From NCBI GenBank assembly GCA_040285855.1, contig JAUFOQ010000002.1, positions 2,914,001 to 2,978,000 of the forward strand: a DNA stretch of 64,000 bases, in the 5' to 3' direction. The notes beneath the pieces are model-generated. The model ran no database searches. It worked only from the letters and a program-made list of their open reading frames with translations, and was not told where the DNA came from. The translations under genes and the position numbers were made by a program. Position 1 is the first letter of the stretch, and every line of letters begins with the position of its first letter. The stretch is from Eukaryota sp. GEM-RC1 (taxonomy: Eukaryota). This document shows, in pieces, positions 13,260-23,446 of this stretch.

Positions 13260-14441
13260 ATGTCTCGACCTCTCAATCTAGCTGAGTCTCTCTTTGTAGG
13301 TAATGCTCCCATTGGTTTGTTGATTTCACTTAGTGACAATCATTTACTCGCCACTGATGTCTGTGATGCTCTTGATAGAGCATCAAAGTCTATCATCATG
13401 CTTAGATCGAGGATTGACGATAAAAATTGTTTTGTAGCCGATACACATCACAATATTCCTGTTCTTTCACACTCCATTGATTCTACTGAAGATGCTAGGT
13501 CCGTAGCTCGTAAATTGGTAGATAAGGGTGTTGAAAAGGACAAGTATCTCTTCAGTTTTCATCTAATTGGTGATAACCACTTGTTAGTTATCGGAGACCA
13601 TGTTGCAACTGACGGTAGAGGTATTTTCGCTCTGGTACAAATGATTATGTCTATGCTCAACACTGATCCCATTGTCCAATCTGATCAATGCAGTAATTTT
13701 GTCAATTTCTTCGATCAAATTTCTATTCCCGACACATTTCCAGATTACACCATCGACAACGTTACCACCATTCCAGCTCATCAAAAGCCTAGCCAAGAAC
13801 TCGTTAAAGATGTTCCCATTAGTGTTAACAAAGAGTTATTCCTCAAAGTTAAGGAATATACACGCAAGCATAATCAAAACTTCTCAGCTCTGCTGTTAAG
13901 TCTCCTGTCGATGTCTTTTTCTCGTGTTGTTGAACGAAAAGGTGTTCCTCAACCCCATAACATCGTTTCCCATGTCGCCGTTGATCTCCGCCCTCATTGT
14001 GAACCTAAACTCCCTCCCACATTTGTTTCATCTGTGTCAGGTTCAGCTAATGTCTCTGTCACTATTGATAACGATACTGAACTTGAAGCTATGGTGTCTG
14101 ATGCAAGTACTCAAATTGCCACATTGATTTCTTCCAAAGAAATGTTGAGACTTTTCCACGTTTTCAAAAATGACATATCTCAAGCTGCTAAATTTTTCAA
14201 TTTGTCCATCATCTTTTCCAATGTTGGACATTTCCCTTATCCCACCGAATGTGACAAGTTCTCTATCGAATCAATGATTTTCTTGATCTCTGGTCCAGGT
14301 GGCGCTCCCTTCCCTTCCGTTCATTTGGTTGAAGTTAATGGTCATTTGGAATTGACTTTTACCTATTCACCACAGTGTTTTGACCCTGATGTTTTTAGAA
14401 GTGTTGGTGATGAGTTCATTAAACTTTTGGAGAATTTGTAG
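13260..14441 (+). CDS. CoA-dependent acyltransferase, condensation/alcohol-acetyltransferase (PapA5/ATF-like) fold
   Basis: Starts MSRPLNLAE, has an HxxxDG motif (HVATDG), VDLR and FSNVG, and ends GHLELTFTY. Confidence 0.8.
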   Translation: MSRPLNLAESLFVGNAPIGLLISLSDNHLLATDVCDALDRASKSIIMLRSRIDDKNCFVADTHHNIPVLSHSIDSTEDARSVARKLVDKGVEKDKYLFSFHLIGDNHLLVIGDHVATDGRGIFALVQMIMSMLNTDPIVQSDQCSNFVNFFDQISIPDTFPDYTIDNVTTIPAHQKPSQELVKDVPISVNKELFLKVKEYTRKHNQNFSALLLSLLSMSFSRVVERKGVPQPHNIVSHVAVDLRPHCEPKLPPTFVSSVSGSANVSVTIDNDTELEAMVSDASTQIATLISSKEMLRLFHVFKNDISQAAKFFNLSIIFSNVGHFPYPTECDKFSIESMIFLISGPGGAPFPSVHLVEVNGHLELTFTYSPQCFDPDVFRSVGDEFIKLLENL

Positions 14442-14689
14442 AATATAGCTTGGCGGTTCTTTTGTACATAAATTATATATGTAATTTTAGTTGTAATGTA
14501 CTTGAAAGAAATCGTCTTTTGTTTGTAACAAATAAAGATCACCACAAGGAGAATTTGGTTATGTGTATATCCGGTTCTTGACCAACACAATAAACGGTGC
14601 TGTTGTTGTGTTATCGCAGTTTTCAAGTGTTCTGGAAATCTCAACACTAAAGAAACCAAAAGTCTTTGGTGCTTCACAATACCACAACA

Positions 14690-15018
14690 CAGGAAATTAC
14701 TGAGAGAAACAAATATGATGTGCCATTGTCTGCTCTCAAACATACTAGACATGTTGAATACAAATTATGTCCTTTTGCAATTTCAATTTATGGTCGCCTT
14801 GATAGATGTGCTCTTTGTTTTCTCTCCGATTTTGAGAAAATTGTCAAAAAACGAATGAACAAGAAATTTGATTTCAAGTTTTGGTTGAATCGTTTTGTTT
14901 TTACAACATTTAAAACAATTCCTACTAAAGCTCTATTAGCTCTCATTTTTTTAATGAAGAAAAAGCTGTTGTGAGTGTTAATGGCAAAGATTGTTGCTTT
15001 TATGATATTGAGTTCTAG
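14690..15018 (+). mobile_element. 5'-truncated RLE non-LTR retrotransposon remnant (extreme C-terminus)
   Basis: NKYDVPL...LCPFAISIYGRL...FEKIVKKRMNKKFD...WLNRFVFT...EKAVV...CCFYDIEF*, clearly homologous to the 31075-31680 copy. Confidence 0.7.
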
Positions 15019-16135
15019 TATTTGTGTTTATCTTAGTGTTTTTGTTCCATAAAAAGACTTGTATTCAAAAAAAGGAAATTACTAGTATGTGTATCTTGCT
15101 CGAAATCGTAATACACTAGCTTTAACTTAAGATTCATGAAAACACAACTACTACTGTAGTAGTGCAGTCAACAGTATTAATATCAAAAAAAAATATTTTC
15201 AGAGGCAGATTCACATGTACAATGTGTAGTTTTTCCGATGAGAGGAACAATGGTTAACCATTGTCATGCAAACTTCAATTTTTGACTAAATTCCGTTGAA
15301 TAGTTCAACCCCTTCGTACAGAAATCATTTGATTCACTACAGATCAACGAAATTTGTCAAGTAGAAACATGTTAACAAGAACCAACGTTAACGGAATTTG
15401 AAAAAAAACATCTTGAGTCTGTTTATATACTAGTATTCAAGTGAAATTCAAATATCGACAGAGTTCGATTTCTTCGGCATAGTTGTTTTCTGCAAAGTAG
15501 TTGTGCTTCACTTGAGCACTTTAAGTATTCTTCCACTAAAATTGCAAAGGGGATAGGTACCAAATCTTGAACAGTTGGATACATTACACTGTATCAATCT
15601 TTATTGTAGACACTCATCAAAAACAACAAAATATACAAAAGAAGAACATGTGAGGATGACGTGCAGCCAAGAAGCACTTAAAGTCATTAAAATGTATTAA
15701 ATTACAGTGACGTTACCCTGGGTTCTTGGTCATTCACTTTACTTATTTGAAAGAAAATATGATATTTCAATTGATTGATAGGTTGAAGGTGGATATTGTT
15801 TTCCTCAACGACGGAAACCATTTCATCAGCATTTAACCAATCAACCTTTCTCATTAGTGTTGAACCACACTCCAACATCCAAAAATTGATAATAAGTTAC
15901 ATGTAAGTGAAGTCATGGGTTAAATTGGAATGCAAAAACTGTTCAAAAGTTGATTGTAATCAGGCGGTACTTTGACCTATACTTGAATTGATTTTGGTTT
16001 AAGAAGTACATTTGATTAACAAATGATTACTACACGCTAATTGAGGATCTCTAACTTAGAATAGATGGAATGCGCAAAGTCAATACATATACTTTACAAC
16101 GAATCAACAAAAGCCTTCCCTTTTAAAATCGTTGC

Positions 16136-16153
16136 TAACCCTAACCCTAACCC
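16136..16153. repeat. Interstitial telomere-type repeat (TAACCC)3 = (TTAGGG)-type
   Basis: taaccctaaccctaaccc read directly. Confidence 0.6.
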
Positions 16154-16369
16154 TTTTTAGCTGGAAATTTTAGGAAATCTTTGGTAGAGCCTGGTGGAAC
16201 TGTTTTGATGGACTCAACACTCGATTTACTAATTGAAGTACAAAAAAAGAGTACAGAAAGGTAACAAAATACATTTATATTTATAAAAAATACACACGAA
16301 ATAACTTATCAATGATAATTAAATTTCCAAAATAAAACTATCAATTGTAAAAATTAAAAAACCCCACCA

Positions 16370-17910
16370 CTAAGTCGTTTTTGTAACTAAACTAGGTAAT
16401 AACCCCTTTAAATACCGTAGTCTTTTAGCTACATTTGGCGGTAACTGCAGCCTCAGAGAGAAATCATAACACCTCCGACTGTCATCCAAAAGGAAAGTGA
16501 GTGATCATTCACAGACACAACAATCTTTGAGTGATCAGCAAAATTAGCTTGCAAAGTCCTATTACTCAGCCTAAAAGCAGTAGCTCTATTTGAACTGTGG
16601 AACTTCTTCATGTAAATAATCTGATTTAAGCTAGTTGGTCTCAAATGGCACACTTGACGACCCTCTTTTGTTTCTAAATGAGCATTCAAATTCTTGTCAA
16701 ATATCATCAACAGCTTTGACTTTTTCTTTAAAGCATCTGAACAGTATCGTAGAGAGTATATCTCAGGAGGACCATCATACATTTGATCAGGAACCGCCAA
16801 CTTTCTGTTAATAAACACGAACTCACCTCGGTCTTTGAGTTCGGGTGTTATAAATGCTTTAGTTTCATCATTAAACACTGCTCCAACAGTACCATCAGAA
16901 AGTATATAACCCAGGCCATATCGATCAGAGTAGTCCATCCAACAGAGAACATAGGGAACAGAGGGGTGGGAAGTTATATCAGGGGACTGGACACGGCGGA
17001 GGGCGCTCTTGGTATCTGGTTCGATTGGGGTAGAGAAGACGTCAGGTGAGAAGGAGAGAGGTTGCCATTCCTGAAGCCATGGGTCAAGCTCAAGTTCAGT
17101 GATGGAGGGTCGGAGTTGAGGATCGGCTTGGAGAAGTCTTGAAATGAGAGTTTTGGCTTCGGCAGACACTTTGGGATTCTCAGGATAAGTGTAATCAACT
17201 GAGGTGATGCGCTTATATGTAAGTTTAAGGTCACGAGTTTCAAAAGGAGGTCGTCCAAATAGCATTGTAAAGAGAATTACACCGAGGGACCAAATATCGA
17301 CGTGGAAGGAGTGTCCGTCTACGCTACGGGAGACGATTTCAGGAGCCATGTAGTTGGGAGTTCCGCACATTGTCTTACGATGATCTTCAATGGACATGAG
17401 TTCTGCAGAGAGACCAAAGTCACCGATTTTGACATCAAAGGACGATGAAAAGAAGAAGTTGTGCAACTTTAAATCACGATGAATGATATTGCGACTGTGT
17501 AAGTAAGCGACACCATTAAGAATTCCCTTGAAGATGAAACGGGCTTCGTACTCATTAAGATATTTTCTCTTTTGTAGAAGAGCATGGACTGAAGTATTTG
17601 GACATAGCTCCATTATAAAGTAGATTTTGTCTCTGTATTCAAAATGAGAGTAGAGTGAAACGATATTAGGATGGTGAAGTCCTCGTTGGATATTGATCTC
17701 TGAACGGAGTTTTTCTCTCGCTCGATCTTTCTTCATTGCTGATTTATCAAAAACCTTTCCTGCATATTTAAGACCAGTGACTGTGTCAGTGAGTTCATAG
17801 ACGTGAGCAAATCCACCAGTGCCCAGAAGCTTTCCCACAGTATAAGAACGAGAGTACTTAGGATCGATTAGTTCAGATGGAGGAGGTGTTTTAGGCGCCC
17901 TTGAAGGCAT
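16370..17910 (-). CDS. PLK1: Polo-like kinase (kinase domain plus two polo boxes); frameshift near 16488 restores the C-terminus ...KRLRYLKGLL
   Basis: GTGGFA, HRDLKLHN, DFG, TMCGTPNYMAPE and PPFET; polo boxes WMDYSDRYGLGY and FRLSNRTLQANFADHSK. Confidence 0.93.
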
Positions 17911-17953
17911 TGTTGGTTAATGAGGGAGGGAGGAAGATGAAGGGAGACGTGAA

Positions 17954-17961
17954 TTTGGCGC
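17954..17961 (+). promoter_or_regulatory. Putative E2F-type site TTTGGCGC, about 44 bp upstream of the PLK start
   Basis: Exact TTTSSCGC match in a short promoter; function is inferred only. Confidence 0.35.
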
Positions 17962-18247
17962 CCAATCTAGTTTTTTTGTATTAACCGTTCTGTTAACTGG
18001 GGAGATTCACTACACACTCAGTGTGTAGGGACATGATGTGAATGTGTACTGTTATTAAAGCATATATGATCATCAGTTTCAGTGAATCTTCAACCCACAT
18101 TTTGTGATACAATTCTTTTATCTAAATACCATATAGTAAATCACATATACGGTGCATAGAATACTGAAGCAATACGAACGCCCATGTTGGATGTCATTAA
18201 TTAAAAATGGTTTTGTGAATTGATTTTTTCAATCATACACAAACACT

Positions 18248-18511
18248 ATGGGCATTATTCTCTCTTGTTTTAAAGGTTCACGGAACACAAACAATCACAC
18301 TCCAACTTTGCTTCTTCCAGATGAAGATGAATTCGACTCTTTTCCAACAACAATAGATACCCCAGTCACAGCTTCAAAATCCACACCCTTCTCGTTCAGT
18401 AGGTTTCACACTCCTTCGTCTGTAGCTTCCAGTGTCTATTACACACCGAAGTCATCCGACTCTCCATCGTCTGACCTTTTTCATTTGTCACCAGACTCTA
18501 GGAATGATTAG
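18248..18511 (+). CDS. Small S/T/P-rich protein with a possible N-myristoylation/palmitoylation start (MGIILSCFK)
   Basis: ATG-initiated 87-aa ORF with an MGxxxSC N-terminus. Confidence 0.5.
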   Translation: MGIILSCFKGSRNTNNHTPTLLLPDEDEFDSFPTTIDTPVTASKSTPFSFSRFHTPSSVASSVYYTPKSSDSPSSDLFHLSPDSRND

Positions 18512-18539
18512 ATCTTTTGCCCAGTTCATAGATCTATAT

Positions 18540-19034
18540 TTACATTGGTTTATATTCTGAATCAGATATGGATTCTGAACGTGATAATCTCCGTTGTCTT
18601 GGAGATGTTTTAGTCAACTGGCGGTGTAGTCTTAAAATTAAACTTTCATGTTCCTTTTCTAAAGCGTGTTCAATTTCTACTTTTTCTCTTCGTAGCTGAG
18701 TAATAGTATCTAGGTAGGGCTGAAGATTGCTGCCATCAGTATCGATGAGAAGTTCGTTCTTAAGGGCTTCCTTTTCTTCTTCAACCTTGTGTAGTTGTCG
18801 AAGAAGCTTGTTGGTGATAAATTCTTCCTCTTTTTCCACTTGGATCCCAAGATCGACAATATGTTGTCTAAAGTTTTCTCTTTCTTTCAAAAGAAATGAA
18901 ACCTTCTGTTGTTCCTTTCTATAATGTTCCTTATACCAGTTCAACAAGTCTGCGCTAGTAAAATCATCTGTTAAGGCTGGTTCTGGAGAGGTAGGGCAAA
19001 ATAACTCAGATGGTAAGGGTTCTGAAGGATTCAT
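18540..19034 (-). CDS. CCDC6/DUF2046-like coiled-coil protein
   Basis: VEKEEEFITNKLLRQL and EKVEIEHALEKEHESLILRL resemble the CCDC6 repeats. Confidence 0.65.
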   Translation of the reverse strand: MNPSEPLPSELFCPTSPEPALTDDFTSADLLNWYKEHYRKEQQKVSFLLKERENFRQHIVDLGIQVEKEEEFITNKLLRQLHKVEEEKEALKNELLIDTDGSNLQPYLDTITQLRREKVEIEHALEKEHESLILRLHRQLTKTSPRQRRLSRSESISDSEYKPM

Positions 19035-19095
19035 TGGGAGAAATTTGAAGAGAAATTTCTTTTCCAATACTTTAACGCTTTTTCTAGTACATCCA

Positions 19096-20402
19096 ATGAG
19101 ACCTTCTAAACCAGTAAGACCTAAAGTAGATTCAGGGTATAATATGCGTAAGTTTCTCGAAACCCATGATGAAAATCGCTTGAATACTCGCTTTAAACGT
19201 AAAGCAAAGTGTCAGAAAATCTCTATCAAACGCTTCATTCCTCTACTTCGTCGCTCTCTTGGAAACATACCACCCTCCTCATCCTCTTCTTCTCCCTCTG
19301 CATACACTTCCTCACCACGCTCTCTTGTCACAGACCTTGAAGGATCTATTGATTTCACACAAAACACTGAGATGTCTCTCTCTGATAACCCATGGGCTGG
19401 GGCTCCCAATACAGACATACTCGTGCTGGATGTACGAGATCCTCATGACTTCAATAGTTGTCATATAATAGGATCGTACTCTTACCCCCAGTCTTATATC
19501 AGACGTTCTACCAACTATTTCACCCCTGAAATATTTAAAATAGTATGATTTAGTTTATCTAATTTTAGAAAAACAAACCAGACGCCATCATTGTTCTTTA
19601 CGATCTTGACGAGGTCGACCTGATTGCTGAGTCCACAGCTGTTGAGTTCTTAGATAAGGGAGTTGAGAATGTTGTTGTTTTAAAGGGAGGTCTAGTAGAG
19701 TTAGCTCGTAAAGAGTCGGGATTCCTTTCTAACAGAGACTTCCCTGCAGAGTGGATTGTGAAGCCTGTGGAGGCTAAGCCAGCTAGGAGACCACCGAGAA
19801 GTGTTGATGGTGTGGACTATCAACGAAAGAATGTTAAGGAAGTCAAGCAGTTCCAGGCAAGTAAACGAGAAGAGCGCACTCAAAAGGAAACTGATGAGTC
19901 GAGAGCCAAAGAAAGACAGGACAAACTCCGTAATGCTAAACTGAAAGGCGTTGAGTCTAAACTCTTTGGTACTACTGCATCAGCTGAGAGGAAGTTGTCA
20001 GCTAGGAAGGATAAACCAGAGGATGGAAGACAGTCTTTTAGACATGGTAGGACTGATCAAAGTGCTGATGTGTTGAAGTCCCGAACAACTCCAAGAGGTC
20101 AGGTTCCAGCATATTTAAAGAAGAAGCAAGAACAAGAACTGAAGGAGGAGCAACGGTTACAAGAAGAGGAGTTACATGAGGAGATGGGGAATTTGAGGCT
20201 AGTTGGAGAAGAGGAAAGACTATCAATGCTCCACCAATTGAATGATAATAAGTCTGTCACAGAGAAGTTGCTTGGAGATTTGGAGGTTAAGGCTTCTGCT
20301 GGTAATGAGGGTTATAGGAGGGAGCTGATGGATAAGTTAACATTGATTGAGGATGCTATTGCTCTGTTCTCGAAAAAGGAAGTTTATATCGCTGATGATT
20401 GA
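19096..20402 (+). CDS. CEP41-like rhodanese domain fused to an enkurin-like domain; intron 19543-19568
   Basis: LVLDVRD...CHIIGSYSYP...KNKPDAIIVLYD...GVENVVVLKGGL (CEP41 rhodanese) continues in frame into RGQVPAYL...EEERLSML...IEDAIALFSKKEVYI (enkurin-type C-terminus). Confidence 0.75.
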
Positions 20403-21009
20403 GTGAGATCACGTTTGTTTAAAGAACTTGATTGAAATCTTGTTTGTAAAATACAGGAGCTGGAATATTTAAAATATGTATCATAATCGGTCTTTTTCTT
20501 CTCCTTGTCCGTGTCAATAAAGAATCTTTTTTGAAACAACATTCAATATATTTTATAACATATTCCTGTGTTTTCGATCACTTTCTTTAATTGTTATTCA
20601 GATTGAATGGAATTCGTTGAGCTCATTCTACTACACGTAAATTACGTGACGTAATATTTAGTAGTTGATTCTTGGGCTCAAAATATCTGATGTATAATCC
20701 AGAATAAAATGTGGTCCATTTGAGAATTATTTGAAGTATCTAGCATATTAACATAAAATTCTGTTTGAGAGAGCAATTAAAATTGTTTTGTTAAAAATGA
20801 CTTCTGAAAGAGGCAATCTCAATTTCAAGCTCGACGAGGTCTTTATGTTTGACCAATTCTCAGTGAAAGTACAATGCAAGTGATTCCAAAGTAATTTATT
20901 CAAATTACAGTAAGTTAAATTACAGTAACAAATCCTTCCTCAACCTCACCTCTAAATTACAAATACCTGTAATAATAACAAATAATTAATTAATATTCTA
21001 CAAAAACTA

Positions 21010-22554
21010 CTATATCAAAGCCTCAACTGAAATCCCAAACAAGGTTTGCTCATCCAAAACCCCCTTTTTTAACACATGAGACATCTTCCCCAGCAACCTT
21101 CTTCTAGATACAACTGACCTGCGAGTGAGAGCTGCAGCTTGGTCAACAAGATCTATAGCAGAAGATGGTGGTGGTGGAAGAGATTCTTGATCACTGTAGT
21201 CATTGTGGACATTTTTGTTAAGAAAGTATTCCAAAACTAATTTTTTTGATGAATTTAGGAAACGTTGTGAAGTTTTGATTGACTCGAGCTTCGTCAGCAG
21301 TTGGTCAACGTTTCGTGATAGGTCTTCTTTGGAAATTAGTTCAGGTTTGGGTTTAAAATATACAATTGGCAATGGCTCGCTTGAAGTAGAGGAATCAGAG
21401 ACGTCATCCGTCACGTCAACCATATCGTGATTGAGTGATTGGGAGTTGGTATCAAAATTTGATTGCACTGTCTGTACACTTGGTGGCGCATTGACTTCTG
21501 GCTCTTTTTCGATTTCATGCGTTGGCTCTTCAATCAAATTTGATTGCTCATTGGGTGTCATATCTGAATCAGAATCGTTCTTAAGTTCAAAAACAGCACG
21601 TGTTTGATTTTCGGATTCCGTGTCATCACTGTCGGTCTCCTCGTCATCACTAGAACTAGATTGAGCTTTAAAGTCATTATAGCAATCACTTTCGACTTCT
21701 GATTCACACACCTCATCATCATCTAAATCTTCAAGAAGAGGATCAACTGAGGAGATTTTCAAGGAGGAACCGGTCACGACATCAGTTACGTTATTAATCA
21801 CGTCATCTTCTTTTGACTTCTCACGAACTTCTTCTTCTTCCTTTTCCTGTTCACTCTCTATCTCCTCTTCTGATTCACTCTGTTCTTGATGGAAATTAAC
21901 AGGAACATAGTCATCCATGCAAACTTCTAGTGAATCTTCTTCCTCTTCTTCTTCTTCTTCAAAGAACTCTTCTGGTTCTTGACTTTGCTCTGGTTGCAAT
22001 ATCTCAGAGCTAACAATAGGTTCAGAATCTACAACAACGTCATCACCAACGTCATCGTCATCAGAAGTCTCGTGACTACGTTCTAAAGTCTCCGATACTG
22101 GCATAGCGTCGTTAAAGTCATCCAAATCAATCTCCAAGTCATCCTCAGTCTCGTCATCAAGTACCTGCACACTTAAGATCGAGGGTATGATAGTCTTGAG
22201 AGAATTGACGTCAGGAGCTTGCAGGGACGTACACAAGAGACGGAAAGAGGACTCTGGGTCTGAGGAGGACGGCATGTTGTCGTATAAAAGAGATGTGAGG
22301 TAGTTCCAGTCATCAACGGGGATTTCTAAGGATAGAGATAGAGAAGTGATGAGTTCATCAGAAGAACATTGGGTGCTTATAGACTCAAAATGCTGAAGAG
22401 CCTGAGAAACATTAAGATCAGGATCAAGTAGATGAGGAGAATTAAGACACTTATCAACGTTCATTTCTGATGAAACTAAGCAGAATAGAGCAGAAAGGTA
22501 ATTCACGCTGAGTGCGGTGGCAACATCATGAAGACAGGAAAGGGACACCTGCAT
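21010..22554 (-). CDS. Acidic (D/E/S-rich) hypothetical protein
   Basis: Long uninterrupted ORF; first ATG at 22554; no recognised domain. Confidence 0.7.
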   Translation of the reverse strand: MQVSLSCLHDVATALSVNYLSALFCLVSSEMNVDKCLNSPHLLDPDLNVSQALQHFESISTQCSSDELITSLSLSLEIPVDDWNYLTSLLYDNMPSSSDPESSFRLLCTSLQAPDVNSLKTIIPSILSVQVLDDETEDDLEIDLDDFNDAMPVSETLERSHETSDDDDVGDDVVVDSEPIVSSEILQPEQSQEPEEFFEEEEEEEEDSLEVCMDDYVPVNFHQEQSESEEEIESEQEKEEEEVREKSKEDDVINNVTDVVTGSSLKISSVDPLLEDLDDDEVCESEVESDCYNDFKAQSSSSDDEETDSDDTESENQTRAVFELKNDSDSDMTPNEQSNLIEEPTHEIEKEPEVNAPPSVQTVQSNFDTNSQSLNHDMVDVTDDVSDSSTSSEPLPIVYFKPKPELISKEDLSRNVDQLLTKLESIKTSQRFLNSSKKLVLEYFLNKNVHNDYSDQESLPPPPSSAIDLVDQAAALTRRSVVSRRRLLGKMSHVLKKGVLDEQTLFGISVEALI

Positions 22555-22595
22555 CGCCTTGAAAACCGACTGAAAAGAAAGTACATTTGACTTCC

Positions 22596-22970
22596 ATGAA
22601 CACAGTCTTGGCAAAGCGTCTTGTTAATGTCCAACAAATTACTCTTCGTACTCAGGCTAAACTGAAGGAAGACCTTTTACAACGGTACAAGCTCTTAAAA
22701 AAACAGGATTCCAAGTCGACTATTGAAACGCAGAAAATTGACGCAATCAATCAACGCAATGCGTATTGGGATAACCGTAAAGCACAGTCTGTCCGTCAAG
22801 CTGAAATTGATTCCAAAAGACAATCCTCAATCGATCATCTCACTACTCTACGTGTCCAAAGGGACCAAGAACTCATACATAATCTACGCAACGAGTGTCA
22901 GCAGCAGCGTTCTTTACGTAACTCCTTCAAAGTTTATCGAAATCTGAAACGATTTCAGACAAAAAGTTGA
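22596..22970 (+). CDS. Short coiled-coil protein (weak MNS1/trichohyalin-like resemblance)
   Basis: ATG ORF of about 124 aa, Q/R/K-rich, divergent from the neighbouring gene. Confidence 0.45.
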   Translation: MNTVLAKRLVNVQQITLRTQAKLKEDLLQRYKLLKKQDSKSTIETQKIDAINQRNAYWDNRKAQSVRQAEIDSKRQSSIDHLTTLRVQRDQELIHNLRNECQQQRSLRNSFKVYRNLKRFQTKS

Positions 22971-23446
22971 TGTCTGTATTATATGATTGTTTGCTTCCAC
23001 CCTGCTCTTTTGTTTCAGACACTTTGACCAATCTTGAACAAGTATTTTTATTTAACAACTGATCAAAAGCTATTTAAATTCTTTTAGTTGGTGCCATATG
23101 TTCATCGTTTCCTTTTTTCGACATGTATATTTTGTAAATTAATTTCGTAACCTTTGGTTTTGATCGATGTTACTACTACAGTACATCCTCCTATTAACAT
23201 ACACTTTGATGGGTTTGACTAGCCCTTCTTCAGCCTAGTGAGTCCTCTTCACATGTATAATGCACATTTTGATTTCTGAAAGCTCTGGTGTAAATTAATA
23301 CAGTAGTAGTACCTATCAAAGAATATTTGTTAACAATCACAAATTTTGTGATTAACAGTGTATAAATACATCCAGTTATATAACTACAGTAGAAACGTCA
23401 TTAAACAAATGTATACAGCCAAAACCTCTACAACAAACAAAAAAAT

